Source: Bacilli bacterium
GTDB lineage: Bacteria > Bacillota_I > Bacilli_A > ML615J-28 > CAG-698
Reading direction: 5' to 3'
NCBI GenBank assembly: GCA_041675825.1
Contig: JBAYTC010000002.1
Location: 1 to 50,097 of the forward strand
Length of the DNA stretch: 50,097 nt
Part shown: in pieces, positions 8,872 through 18,407 of the stretch
How positions within the stretch are numbered: position 1 is the first letter of the stretch
Layout: every line of letters starts with the position of its first letter
Program-made: the position numbers and the translations under genes
The notes under the pieces: model-generated
Seen by the model: only the letters and a program-made list of their open reading frames with translations
What the model was told of the DNA's origin: nothing
The model's database searches: none

Positions 8872-11058
8872 ATGGTATCAACAATGACAATTGAAAAAGT
8901 TATTGAATGTGCTTCATCATATTTAAATAATCAGAAGAATATTGAAATGATTAAACGAGCATATGCACTAGCAGAAGAAAAACATCGTGGTCAATTTCGT
9001 AAATCTGGAGATCCATATATTCAACATCCTCTTGAAGTTGCTTATATGTTGTGTGAGTTACATACTTCACCAGCTACTATTGCAGCAGGTTTATTACATG
9101 ATTTAGTAGAAGATACGGATATTACTAAGGATGAAATTATAGAAAAGTTTGGTCCAGATGTATCTTCAATTGTTGATGGAGTTACAAAGATTAGTCAATT
9201 AAAGTATATGACTAAGGAAAAAGCATTAGCAAAATCCCATCAAAAGATTCTTTTAGCAATGGCTAAAGATGTAAGAGTGGTTGTTGTTAAGTTAATAGAT
9301 AGAGTTCACAATATGAGAACTTTAGAATTCCAATCACCTGAAAAGCAAAAAATAATTGCTCAAGAAACCCTTGACTTATATGCTCCTCTAGCTCATAGAA
9401 TGGGTATGTATCGTATTAAAGCCGAACTTGAAGATTTAAGTTTAAAATATTTAAATAGGCAACAATATAATAGTGTTAGTAACTTAATTAGCAAACAAAA
9501 AAGTGCTCGTGAAGACGACATTAATAAAATGAATGGGCGTATTCAACAAATCCTAGAACAAAATCATATTACTGATTTTGAAATAAAAGGAAGAGTTAAG
9601 AATATTTTTAGTGTTTGTAAAAAAATGGAACAAAAAAAGTTAGATTTTGAGCAGATTTATGATTTGCTTGCATTAAGAATCTTAGTTCCAAGCATTGAAA
9701 ACTGTTATCGTGTATTAGGATTGGTGCATGGTGAGTGGACTCCAATTCCAAAAAGATTTAAGGATTATATAGCAACGCCAAAACCCAACTTATATCAAAG
9801 TCTTCATACGACCGTTGTTGGTTTAAATGGAAAAATATATGAAATTCAAATTAGAACCTACGACATGGATAATATTGCTGAATTAGGTATTGCAGCCCAT
9901 TGGGCATATAAAGAAGAGAACAAAGGTTATACACCAGAAAAAGAACAATTAGAAATTTCTGCCAAATTAAAATGGTATAAAGAATTATTATCATATGCTG
10001 AAATTGGTGAAAATGAAGATACTGATCCGCTTCAAAATATTAAAGAAGATATTTTTAGCGCAAATGTTTATATTTTCACACCACGTGGAGATGTAATGGA
10101 TTTTCCAAATGGAGCTACACCTCTTGATTTTGCTTATCGTATTCATACTGAAGTTGGAAATAAAACGGTTGGGGCTATTGTAAATGGAAAGATTGTTCCA
10201 TTGACATATAAACTAAAAACCGGAGATGTTGTAGAAATTAAAACTTCAAAAAACTTCAACGGCCCTAATGAAGCATGGTTAAAGATTGTTAAAACATCAC
10301 ACGCCAGACATAAAATAGTTGCAATATTAAACCGCAGAAAACGCGACGAATTAATTATAAAAGGTAAAGAAGATTTTATAAATACTCTAAAAACCGAAAA
10401 ACAAGATATTAAACTTACTGATAAATTGGTGTTAGAACATTTTGAAAAGTATGATGTTCGTAATATTGAAGATTTCTACTATGAAATTGGTAAAGGAGAA
10501 ATTTCATCTAGAGCTGCACTTAATAGATTTTTAGGATTGAATATCATTGATGAAGAAACATTATTAAAACAATATGAAGAAGATAAAAGAAATATCAAAC
10601 ACAAAACCATTAATGATTTTGGTATTATAATTGATGGATTAGATAAAGCAAAAATTCATTTAGCAAATTGCTGCCACCCAGTTATGGGTGATCCAATTGT
10701 GGGTTATGTAAGTAAAGGGGCAGGTATTGTAGTTCATCGAATGGAATGTCATAATGTATTAAATAGCGAAACTGAAAGATTTATTGATACTTCTTGGGAT
10801 CTGGATTTTAACTCAAGAGGATATGAAACCTTATTAACTATCACAGCATACGACAGAAAGAATATACTTGCAGATATTATTAATGGATTAAATAGCACAG
10901 CTGTTAGCATCGCTTCGATAAATTCAGGTAAGAATAAAAATGGTGATATGTCAATTAAAGTTAAATTAATTGTAAAAAACATAGATGTTATTAATAATGC
11001 GATACTAAATTTAAATAAAATATCTGATATTTATGAAATTGATCGAACTATACGATAA
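8872..11058 (+). CDS. relA: Bifunctional (p)ppGpp synthetase/hydrolase Rel (RelA/SpoT homologue)
   Basis: HD hydrolase domain (HRGQFRKSGDPYIQHPLEVA...HDLVEDT), synthetase domain (YIATPKPNLYQSLHTTV), and TGS and ACT domains. AAAGGAGGTG Shine-Dalgarno. Confidence 0.93.
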   Translation: MVSTMTIEKVIECASSYLNNQKNIEMIKRAYALAEEKHRGQFRKSGDPYIQHPLEVAYMLCELHTSPATIAAGLLHDLVEDTDITKDEIIEKFGPDVSSIVDGVTKISQLKYMTKEKALAKSHQKILLAMAKDVRVVVVKLIDRVHNMRTLEFQSPEKQKIIAQETLDLYAPLAHRMGMYRIKAELEDLSLKYLNRQQYNSVSNLISKQKSAREDDINKMNGRIQQILEQNHITDFEIKGRVKNIFSVCKKMEQKKLDFEQIYDLLALRILVPSIENCYRVLGLVHGEWTPIPKRFKDYIATPKPNLYQSLHTTVVGLNGKIYEIQIRTYDMDNIAELGIAAHWAYKEENKGYTPEKEQLEISAKLKWYKELLSYAEIGENEDTDPLQNIKEDIFSANVYIFTPRGDVMDFPNGATPLDFAYRIHTEVGNKTVGAIVNGKIVPLTYKLKTGDVVEIKTSKNFNGPNEAWLKIVKTSHARHKIVAILNRRKRDELIIKGKEDFINTLKTEKQDIKLTDKLVLEHFEKYDVRNIEDFYYEIGKGEISSRAALNRFLGLNIIDEETLLKQYEEDKRNIKHKTINDFGIIIDGLDKAKIHLANCCHPVMGDPIVGYVSKGAGIVVHRMECHNVLNSETERFIDTSWDLDFNSRGYETLLTITAYDRKNILADIINGLNSTAVSIASINSGKNKNGDMSIKVKLIVKNIDVINNAILNLNKISDIYEIDRTIR

Positions 11059-11076
11059 TATTTAGGAGGATAATTC

Positions 11077-11523
11077 ATGAAAGTAGTTATTCAACGAGTC
11101 AAAACAGCTTGTGTTAAAGTTGAAGATTCTATAGTCGGATCAATAAATAATGGATTACTGTTATTAGTAGGAGTTACGCATAATGATACAGCAGATGATG
11201 TTCATTATTTAGTTAATAAAATAATTAATATGAGAATTTTTGAAGATGACAATAATAAAATGAATTTGTCACTACTTGATAAGAAATATAGTATATTAAG
11301 TATTTCGCAATTTACTTTATTTGCTTTAACTAACAAGGGAAATCGACCAGGATTCTCTGATGCTGCATTGCCTGAGCTTGCAGAAGAATTATATAATCTT
11401 TTTAACAATGCCCTTAGTGAAAAAGGAGTCAAAGTTGAAACGGGAAAATTTGCTGCTCATATGGAAGTTTCACTAATAAATGATGGTCCCGTAACAATTA
11501 TTATCGATAGTAAGAATAAATAA
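11077..11523 (+). CDS. dtd: D-aminoacyl-tRNA deacylase
   Basis: MKVVIQRV N-terminus, SQFTL and NDGPVT motifs, 148 aa. Confidence 0.92.
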   Translation: MKVVIQRVKTACVKVEDSIVGSINNGLLLLVGVTHNDTADDVHYLVNKIINMRIFEDDNNKMNLSLLDKKYSILSISQFTLFALTNKGNRPGFSDAALPELAEELYNLFNNALSEKGVKVETGKFAAHMEVSLINDGPVTIIIDSKNK

Positions 11524-11527
11524 TTAT

Positions 11528-11568
11528 AACTCTTAATCTTGACAAAAATCAGGTTTAAGAGTTTTTTT
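11528..11568 (+). terminator. Hairpin terminator after dtd
   Basis: AACTCTTAA ... TTAAGAGTT (18-nt loop) followed by T7. Confidence 0.6.
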
Positions 11569-11610
11569 ATTATGTTGGTTTATAATATTATAGTTTTTTT
11601 AATTAGCATC

Positions 11611-11639
11611 TTACAAATATATCAATTATATGTTATAAT
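11611..11639 (+). promoter_or_regulatory. Near-consensus sigma-A promoter for the 11.6-15.6 kb genes
   Basis: TTACAA (11611-11616), 17-nt spacer containing TGt, TATAAT (11634-11639). Confidence 0.6.
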
Positions 11640-11661
11640 TATAAATAGAAGAGGTATAATT

Positions 11662-14463
11662 ATGGATTTTAAAATTAAGTATCAAGAGTTATTAAACTTA
11701 CCATATGATAATAATACAATCGATAAAGTTAAAGAATTCAACAATTATTGTGTTGAATCACAAAATAAAGAATATTATTATTTGTCAAATTTACTAATTG
11801 TTGATAATTACACAGATTTAAATAAATTAGATGACGCATTAACAATACTAATTAATGATCTAACTGATTTTGATTCTTCAACTTTCAAAAATATATATAT
11901 TTCCTATTTAGAAAGAATTATATATATTTATATAAAGAAAAGAAATTTTAAAATAGCATATAGATATGTTTTTGAAAAAAGAAAATACATTGATAGTGAC
12001 AATAGAGATGAAATAAATCGATGGTATTTGGAAATGGCATATATTTATGCTGAGGTAGGGCAAAAAACTAAAGCTTTAAATTCTTTAAAAGCCATCCTGG
12101 AAAACTTGCCAAGTGATGATTTATTGGCTCATACATTAAGCAATATAACTAAATTGTATATTGATCAAGGTCTACTTGATGAAGCAAAAGAATCTTTGAA
12201 TGAAAGTTTAAAAATTATTTCTGACCAGGAAGGGTTAATATATTGCAATTATTTATTAGCTCAAATATTAGTTAAAGAAGGCAGACTAAAAGATGCTAAT
12301 CAACTCTATAAAGAGATTTTTCAAAATGGAATTTCTTCAGATTTAATTACCATTGCTATTGATTATGTAGATTTATTAATTGAACTAAATGATTATACCA
12401 GTGCTTTTGAAGTTATAAATAAGCTTAAACCGCTCTTAAAAGATAATGAAAGTATTGAAATAAAAAAGAATTTAACAATCAAAGAAATAAAATTATTATT
12501 ATCACGTAGTAATTACAAAGAAGGACTAAAATTAATTGATAAGTTACATGAATTAGATGAAATAATATCAAGTAACGAATTATATGTGATAAATGAAATA
12601 TTAGATGAGGAAAGCGCACATGAAGGTTATTTAAACCTTAATGAATTAAATAACAAGATTATTCATTTAATAGGGTCACTTAAATCAGTTTTTGATCAAA
12701 ATGATTTAAGGGATGTATTAATGGAATTTTCTAAAAAATTACAAAAAATTTTTAATATTGATGAAATTAGTTATGGGATTTACGACAAAATTATTGCAAC
12801 TCAAAAATATGATCAGATTGCTTTTTATAACTACAAAAATAACCGTATTTATGAAAAACTAATAAGTTATGATGAACTTAAAGATTCTGAAATCGAAATG
12901 ATGCTGAAGACTAATAATGAGGTTGCTATTGATTTTACTTATAATAAATTATTAGTTAATGATGTCTTCACACAAAGAAAATTTATTGACAATGGTTTTA
13001 ACTATTTATTAGGTATCCCGTTTTTTGATGAAACCGGATTGTATCTAAGTATTACATATAAATCTAAAAACATAGATGTAACAGCTACAGAGAACTCAAT
13101 TATTTTAAAAATTGCATCCAGCTTATTAGAAAGAAGTCTTGTCAGTTATTTTTTAACAAAAAAAATAATTATCGATGACATTGTAAAAAAATCTATTCTA
13201 AGTGGCACTAACAACTATATAATATATCATTATGGAAATAAAATGGTTATCGATAATAATTTTAAAGAATTACTAGGGTTTGAATCTAATCATTTTGATT
13301 CCAAGAGATATACGGATTTAATGAGTAAATCAGACTCATTCAATTATTTAAAAGTTGATTTTAATATTGAAAACTCATATTCTCTTGATTATGCCATTAA
13401 AATCAAGGATGAGTTTTATTCTGTTACAGAGAAAATAATTAGTAATTACCAAGATGGAGAATTATTTTTTGTAGGGACTATTCATATTAATGAAAAAAAT
13501 AGTAATGTTTATGATGATGAAATATTTATAAAGAAAATTGAAGATTATAAGAGTCGAGTAAATGATTTAGAGTTTAAATTTTCATTAATTAGGATTGCAG
13601 GTGAAGTTGGAGATTCTAATTATATAGAAAGCACCTTCAACACAAAACCTTATTTTTTGAGTGATGGTGATTATATAATCATTCTAGAAAATGAAGTAAA
13701 CCAAAAAGTATTAGATAAGTATTTCAATGGTTTTAAGTTAAATCATTCAGTAGTCAGATTTCCACGAGATATGATAAATATTGATGAGATGATTAAGTAT
13801 TCGAAGGTCAGTCTTGATAATAACATAGAATATTTTAGTGAAGAAATACACCATAAGTTTCTACAAAAAATTTCTGCAAATAATATAGTTAGAGATATGG
13901 TTAAGTCAAATATTGAAATATTGTTAAATGAAGTTATCGATAAAACTAAAGCTTTTGAAGTTACATGTAATATAAAAGGATTGTCATTTAAAGAAAATAT
14001 AAGAAAAATATTAGAAGAAGATAATCTAATAATGCTTGAGAATAAAATCTATGATAATTTCAAACCTAAGTTAAAGAATAATTTGTTTTATATTTTTATG
14101 ACTGCTAAATCTCTATCTAACATCATTCATAATAATAGATTGAAAGATGATTCAAACATAATATATGTAATTGACTCTTTTGATTCGACACTTATTGAAT
14201 CATTAAACAAACTAAAATCAAAAGGGCTTAAATTCATTGTTGACTATAAGGTTTTATATCATATCAATATTATGGATCTTAACACATTAGGCCTATATGG
14301 TATATCAATATCTGAAGGAATTCAAAGAGATGTGAGAGCTAATATTTTAGAAATTTCATCTACTTATAATTTTAAATTATACACTAATTATAATTTCATT
14401 GACTACGCAGATTGTATATATAAAACAGACAAATTCATTAAGGATGATGATTATGTTGAATAA
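11662..14463 (+). CDS. Large multidomain sensor-type protein: TPR-like repeats, GAF-like, PAS-like, then GGDEF-like and EAL-like domains with degenerate signatures (933 aa)
   Basis: Track frame 11539..14463 trimmed to ATG 11662 (GAGG Shine-Dalgarno at 11651-11654). The upstream 41 codons overlap the dtd terminator and the promoter. By-eye matches: TPR-like helices (AYIYAEVGQKTKALNSLKAILE; NYLLAQILVKEGRLKDANQLYKEIFQ); GAF-like end (LLGIPFFDETGLYLSITYKS...ENSIILKIASSLLERSL); PAS-like (IDNNFKELLGFESNHF); YFLSDGDYIIILEN where R-x-GGDEF is expected (13660-13674); KAFEVTCN where EAL-x-R is expected (13954-13962). These are not HMM-verified. Confidence 0.5.
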   Translation: MDFKIKYQELLNLPYDNNTIDKVKEFNNYCVESQNKEYYYLSNLLIVDNYTDLNKLDDALTILINDLTDFDSSTFKNIYISYLERIIYIYIKKRNFKIAYRYVFEKRKYIDSDNRDEINRWYLEMAYIYAEVGQKTKALNSLKAILENLPSDDLLAHTLSNITKLYIDQGLLDEAKESLNESLKIISDQEGLIYCNYLLAQILVKEGRLKDANQLYKEIFQNGISSDLITIAIDYVDLLIELNDYTSAFEVINKLKPLLKDNESIEIKKNLTIKEIKLLLSRSNYKEGLKLIDKLHELDEIISSNELYVINEILDEESAHEGYLNLNELNNKIIHLIGSLKSVFDQNDLRDVLMEFSKKLQKIFNIDEISYGIYDKIIATQKYDQIAFYNYKNNRIYEKLISYDELKDSEIEMMLKTNNEVAIDFTYNKLLVNDVFTQRKFIDNGFNYLLGIPFFDETGLYLSITYKSKNIDVTATENSIILKIASSLLERSLVSYFLTKKIIIDDIVKKSILSGTNNYIIYHYGNKMVIDNNFKELLGFESNHFDSKRYTDLMSKSDSFNYLKVDFNIENSYSLDYAIKIKDEFYSVTEKIISNYQDGELFFVGTIHINEKNSNVYDDEIFIKKIEDYKSRVNDLEFKFSLIRIAGEVGDSNYIESTFNTKPYFLSDGDYIIILENEVNQKVLDKYFNGFKLNHSVVRFPRDMINIDEMIKYSKVSLDNNIEYFSEEIHHKFLQKISANNIVRDMVKSNIEILLNEVIDKTKAFEVTCNIKGLSFKENIRKILEEDNLIMLENKIYDNFKPKLKNNLFYIFMTAKSLSNIIHNNRLKDDSNIIYVIDSFDSTLIESLNKLKSKGLKFIVDYKVLYHINIMDLNTLGLYGISISEGIQRDVRANILEISSTYNFKLYTNYNFIDYADCIYKTDKFIKDDDYVE

Positions 14464-15568
14464 TACTTTACTAATAAACAAATATATAGAAAGTTTAAAT
14501 GACGGTGAGATAAAAAGAGTTTTATTTAAAGATAAATTTAATTTTCATATGGCTAAAACATCATTAGAGACATTACTTAACATAGAGATTCTAATAGATG
14601 AATATCTAAAAGATACTAAAGTTAAAAACAATAACGGTGATAAAATAATTCTATTATTCGGGATTTTACAAGGCCTTTTTGTTGGAATAGACTCTATATA
14701 TACGATTGGTAAGGCAACAGGTTTAAATAAGTTAATGATTAACTTAAATCAACATGAATCCTTAAGAGAAATAAAAAACATAAGAAATGATGTTGTTGGA
14801 CATCCAACCTATCGTTATTACGAAAATAATTCTGTTGGTTATTGCACATTAGATCTAGATCATATTGAAGATTCAAAAATCACATATTTTATTCACACAT
14901 ATGAAAACAATAAAATTGTTATTAAAAAAAGACAAGTTGATTTAATTAATTCTATTAATGATTATCATATAGAATTAGATGAGATTTTAACTAGAACTAT
15001 TAAGTTCAATGAAGTTTTGTTATCTAAAGAAAAAACAAATCTTTCACGATTAATTAGTTTACTTGGAGAAAAATTTATTAGAGGTATATATGATGAAAAT
15101 TTATTAGAAGATATTAGAGTTAAATACTCCAAACTTTTTAACTTGCCTAAATCAGCTAATAATAGGGTTATTTGGAGATTGAATTTAATTGATTATCTAT
15201 TTAATTTTCATGACAAAAATGAATACACTAGGTATTTAACATATTCAGAAATCCACAAACTGTATTTGCTTGTATTTAATTTTGAAAATAAGGTAAACAA
15301 TAAATTGAAGTACAAATTTATTAAATATAAAAATAATCAAGAATTTAAATACCTGAGATCTCAATTATTAAGACTAAAAGATATCAATTTTAAATTAGAT
15401 ATTCTACATGATTCAAGGCATCCGCTTTATAATAGTTCAATTAAATTGTTAATAAGTCGTTTTAAGTTAGATACTAGATGTTCAGATTTAATAAATTGGA
15501 TAGAATCTCAAGTTAATCAAAGCAATGATAGTATGCTGTATCTTATCGGTTCAGAGCTAAAAAAGTGA
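14453..15568 (+). CDS. Hypothetical protein, 371 aa, possible N-terminal HEPN-like domain
   Basis: Track frame 14399..15568 trimmed to ATG 14453 (AGGA at 14441-14444, 8-nt spacer). It overlaps the stop of the upstream gene by 11 nt. No family recognised. A single R-N-D-V-V-G-H motif (14783-14803) after a helical-looking N-terminal ~110 aa fits the HEPN Rx4-6H signature. Confidence 0.5.
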   Translation: MLNNTLLINKYIESLNDGEIKRVLFKDKFNFHMAKTSLETLLNIEILIDEYLKDTKVKNNNGDKIILLFGILQGLFVGIDSIYTIGKATGLNKLMINLNQHESLREIKNIRNDVVGHPTYRYYENNSVGYCTLDLDHIEDSKITYFIHTYENNKIVIKKRQVDLINSINDYHIELDEILTRTIKFNEVLLSKEKTNLSRLISLLGEKFIRGIYDENLLEDIRVKYSKLFNLPKSANNRVIWRLNLIDYLFNFHDKNEYTRYLTYSEIHKLYLLVFNFENKVNNKLKYKFIKYKNNQEFKYLRSQLLRLKDINFKLDILHDSRHPLYNSSIKLLISRFKLDTRCSDLINWIESQVNQSNDSMLYLIGSELKK

Positions 15569-15619
15569 TTGATTAATTATAAATATTTGGTAAAATAATA
15601 ATAAGTGAGGAGCATATCT

Positions 15620-16498
15620 ATGTTTATAATTAATTTTTTAAAAGCTTTGGTTTTACCAAACAAAATGCAACGTTTTTCTAATATGCCAATTATAATATCA
15701 ATTGCTATATTTTTATTGGGTTCATATATATTGGCTTATCCCCATTCTAAATATGTTTCTGATAACAGATATGAAATAATGGAAGAACAAAATCTATATG
15801 ATTTAATGGTATTTTCAAAATTAAGTTCAACTGATTTAAACACATTAAGACAAACCAAAGCAAAAGTAGAAAATGGTACAGTTTTAAGAACTGATACTTT
15901 AGTAGAAGGAGAACCATTTGTATTTCAAGTGGAAGAAAATGAAGTTATATCAAACATATACATTGTTTTTGATCTATACGATGTTTTTGATCCTAAAGCT
16001 GAACCAAGTTATGATGTGAATACAAGATTTAATTTAATGAATAAAAACGAAGATGAGAATTACTATTTATTAGTTTTTTATCAGGACAGAGTATACTATC
16101 AAACAATTGATAGGTTTAAGCAAATACCTTATTCTACTGATGATTTTTTAGATTTCGAAAATATTGAAGATGGCAAGAAAATTTCTAATTTCATGATTGA
16201 TATGTATATTCCATCTATTAGAAGTGAAAATACTTTTACAACTTTTATTAGTACAGTTGTTTATACATTTATTATTATTATGATTGTATGGATTTTCTTT
16301 AGATTTAGTGGTTCGACTCTTGGTCTTAAGGATTTCTATAATATGGGTAGTTTGAGCTCGATTATACCTTTAGTTCTTATCTTTATTTTGTCCTTTATAT
16401 TCCCTAAAGCAAATTTGATGTTCTACTATAGTACTGTTTTTGGGGTTTATTTCTTGGCTATGATGTTCATAATAAATTCTAAAGGGAAAATAGCATAA
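15620..16498 (+). CDS. Hypothetical integral membrane protein (N-terminal TM, ~160-aa soluble region, C-terminal TM cluster); weak resemblance to DUF1189-type proteins
   Basis: Track ORF (GTG 15605) trimmed to ATG 15620 behind a GTGAGGAG Shine-Dalgarno. Hydrophobic stretches IIISIAIFLLGSYILAY, FISTVVYTFIIIMIVWIFF, IIPLVLIFILSFIF and VFGVYFLAMMFII. Confidence 0.6.
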   Translation: MFIINFLKALVLPNKMQRFSNMPIIISIAIFLLGSYILAYPHSKYVSDNRYEIMEEQNLYDLMVFSKLSSTDLNTLRQTKAKVENGTVLRTDTLVEGEPFVFQVEENEVISNIYIVFDLYDVFDPKAEPSYDVNTRFNLMNKNEDENYYLLVFYQDRVYYQTIDRFKQIPYSTDDFLDFENIEDGKKISNFMIDMYIPSIRSENTFTTFISTVVYTFIIIMIVWIFFRFSGSTLGLKDFYNMGSLSSIIPLVLIFILSFIFPKANLMFYYSTVFGVYFLAMMFIINSKGKIA

Positions 16499-16522
16499 AG
16501 TAGAGTTTTATAAAATTTTAAG

Positions 16523-16545
16523 CGATTGAGAGATCAATCGTTTTT
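16523..16545 (+). terminator. Hairpin terminator closing the 11.6-16.5 kb block
   Basis: CGATTGA gaga TCAATCG followed by T5. Confidence 0.7.
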
Positions 16546-16621
16546 ATTATAAAAACAATATTAATTATCTAAACTTAAAAAAGTTGAAATATAAAATTTA
16601 CTTTTAAATTATGCAATTTTG

Positions 16622-16630
16622 TGCTATTAT
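16622..16630 (+). promoter_or_regulatory. Extended -10 element TGcTATTAT before nusB
   Basis: TGCTATTAT at 16622-16630, AGGAGA/AGGTGAG Shine-Dalgarno region, ATG at 16652. Confidence 0.45.
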
Positions 16631-16651
16631 ATATAGGAGATAGGTGAGAAT

Positions 16652-17062
16652 ATGAAAAGAACAATTACTAGAATTATTGCAATGTTATGGCTATATAGTT
16701 ATGAAATAAATAATGAAACTAAACTTGATGATATAATAAATATTTTAGGTGAAGATATCGTTTATGATGAGAAGTTTTTATTACAATTAATTGATGGAGT
16801 ATTGACTAATATAGATGAAATTGATCATATTATTAGCATATATATTAAAAAGTACACTATTGATCGATTAAATATTGTTGATAAGAACTTAGTTCGTATT
16901 GGAGTATATGAATTAAAATATTTAAAAACTCCAAAGTCTATAATAATCAATGAAATTGTTGAAATTAGTAAAGAATATAGTGAGGTTGAAAACTATGATT
17001 CTTCCAAATTTAACAATTCCTTACTTGATGCGATTGCCAAGGGTTTAAGCGATGGAAGGTAA
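16652..17062 (+). CDS. nusB: Transcription antitermination factor NusB
   Basis: 136 aa. R..AR..A...LY-type N-terminus (RTITRIIAMLWLYSYEI) and RIGVYEL motif. First gene of a nusB-xseA-xseB-ispA-dxs-recN run as in Bacillus. Confidence 0.88.
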   Translation: MKRTITRIIAMLWLYSYEINNETKLDDIINILGEDIVYDEKFLLQLIDGVLTNIDEIDHIISIYIKKYTIDRLNIVDKNLVRIGVYELKYLKTPKSIIINEIVEISKEYSEVENYDSSKFNNSLLDAIAKGLSDGR

Positions 17063-18407
17063 TGAAAATAAATATTTAACGGTATCAGCCTTAAATAAAT
17101 ATATTTCATATAAATTTGATAAAGATATTCATTTACAAAGTGTTGTCGTTAAGGCGGAAATCTCTAATTTGCGTTTATCAAAAGGCATTCTATATTTTGT
17201 TCTTAAAGATGATGAATCTGAGATTGATGCATTAATGTTTTCTAATAATGTAAACCGATTAAATTTTAAACCTGTAGATGGAATGACAGTTATTGTAACT
17301 GGTAAAATCAATGTATATATAAAAAAAGGCAGATATTCAATTACAATTTCAACAATGGATGATGTTGGACTTGGTGAGGCTTATTTAAACTTTATAAGAT
17401 TGAAAGAAAAATTAGATACAGAAGGTTTATTTGATCAAGATAAAAAATTGAAGCTACCAAGGATGGCTGAAAAAATAGGAGTAATTACTTCATCAACTGG
17501 TGATGCACTTCACGATATTGTTTCAACAATCTCAAAAAGGTTTCCGATTGCTGAGGTTTTCTTATACCCAGCTATCGTTCAAGGAAAAGATGCTCCTAAA
17601 TCTTTGATTAATGCTTTAAATAAAGCATATAAAGATAATAAAGTTGAACTAATCATAATTGGTCGTGGTGGAGGTAGTATTGAGGATTTATCTTGTTTTA
17701 ATGATGAAGAATTAGCAAGAGTGATTTTTGATAGTAAAATTCCAATTATTAGTGCTGTAGGTCACGAAGCGGATTATACAATTTGTGATTTTGTTGCTTC
17801 ATTTAGAGCTCCAACTCCTACTGGAGCGGCTGTTATTGCAACTAGAGAAGTAAATGATATATTGAATGAGATATTAAGTTATCAAAAAAATCTAGTTTCT
17901 AGTATAAAACAAAAACTAGTTAACTCATATAATACATATCAAAATTTATTGAATAGTTATGGAATTAAAAATTTTCCTCAAATTATAAATAGTAAGGAGG
18001 AAAACTATTTAAAGGTAGTCAATCACTTACATTTAGTTTCACCAATTCAATTAATAAATAATCAAATAAAAGAAGTAGAAGATTTTAAGAGACGTCTATT
18101 TGCTTTAAACTTAGATTTAAAAATAAGTAAAAGTATTGATGAAATTAATAATCTTAAAAATAATATTTTTAAAAACACAAGTGATTTAATAAGTAAAAAT
18201 GATATTTATGTTGATAGTTTAATCGATAAATTAATCTTACTAAATCCTTTGAATATTATGAAAAAAGGATATAATTTAACATATCAAGAAAATAAACTAG
18301 TTACATCAATAAAAGATGTACAAAAAGACAAAAATATAACAATTAAATACCATGATGGTAAAGTTAAAGCTTTAGTATTGGAGGTAAGTGATGAAGAGTT
18401 ATCGTAA
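17052..18407 (+). CDS. xseA: Exodeoxyribonuclease VII large subunit
   Basis: N-terminal OB fold ([14 protein letters not shown]...[10 protein letters not shown]), catalytic core ([14 protein letters not shown]; [12 protein letters not shown]; GHEADYTI) and a coiled-coil tail. Confidence 0.92.
   Translation: MEGNENKYLTVSALNKYISYKFDKDIHLQSVVVKAEISNLRLSKGILYFVLKDDESEIDALMFSNNVNRLNFKPVDGMTVIVTGKINVYIKKGRYSITISTMDDVGLGEAYLNFIRLKEKLDTEGLFDQDKKLKLPRMAEKIGVITSSTGDALHDIVSTISKRFPIAEVFLYPAIVQGKDAPKSLINALNKAYKDNKVELIIIGRGGGSIEDLSCFNDEELARVIFDSKIPIISAVGHEADYTICDFVASFRAPTPTGAAVIATREVNDILNEILSYQKNLVSSIKQKLVNSYNTYQNLLNSYGIKNFPQIINSKEENYLKVVNHLHLVSPIQLINNQIKEVEDFKRRLFALNLDLKISKSIDEINNLKNNIFKNTSDLISKNDIYVDSLIDKLILLNPLNIMKKGYNLTYQENKLVTSIKDVQKDKNITIKYHDGKVKALVLEVSDEELS

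Noticed and set aside
11539-11661. N-terminal 41-codon extension of the large sensor ORF in the track. Analogous extensions occur at 42161-42259 for recU, 40980-41006 for thiT, 34899-34943 for the trmH-like gene, 45348-45383 for xerD and 46255-46275 for deoB.
   Set aside because: The extensions overlap terminators, promoters or the upstream gene and lack a Shine-Dalgarno. Each trimmed start has a properly spaced SD and matches homologue N-termini.
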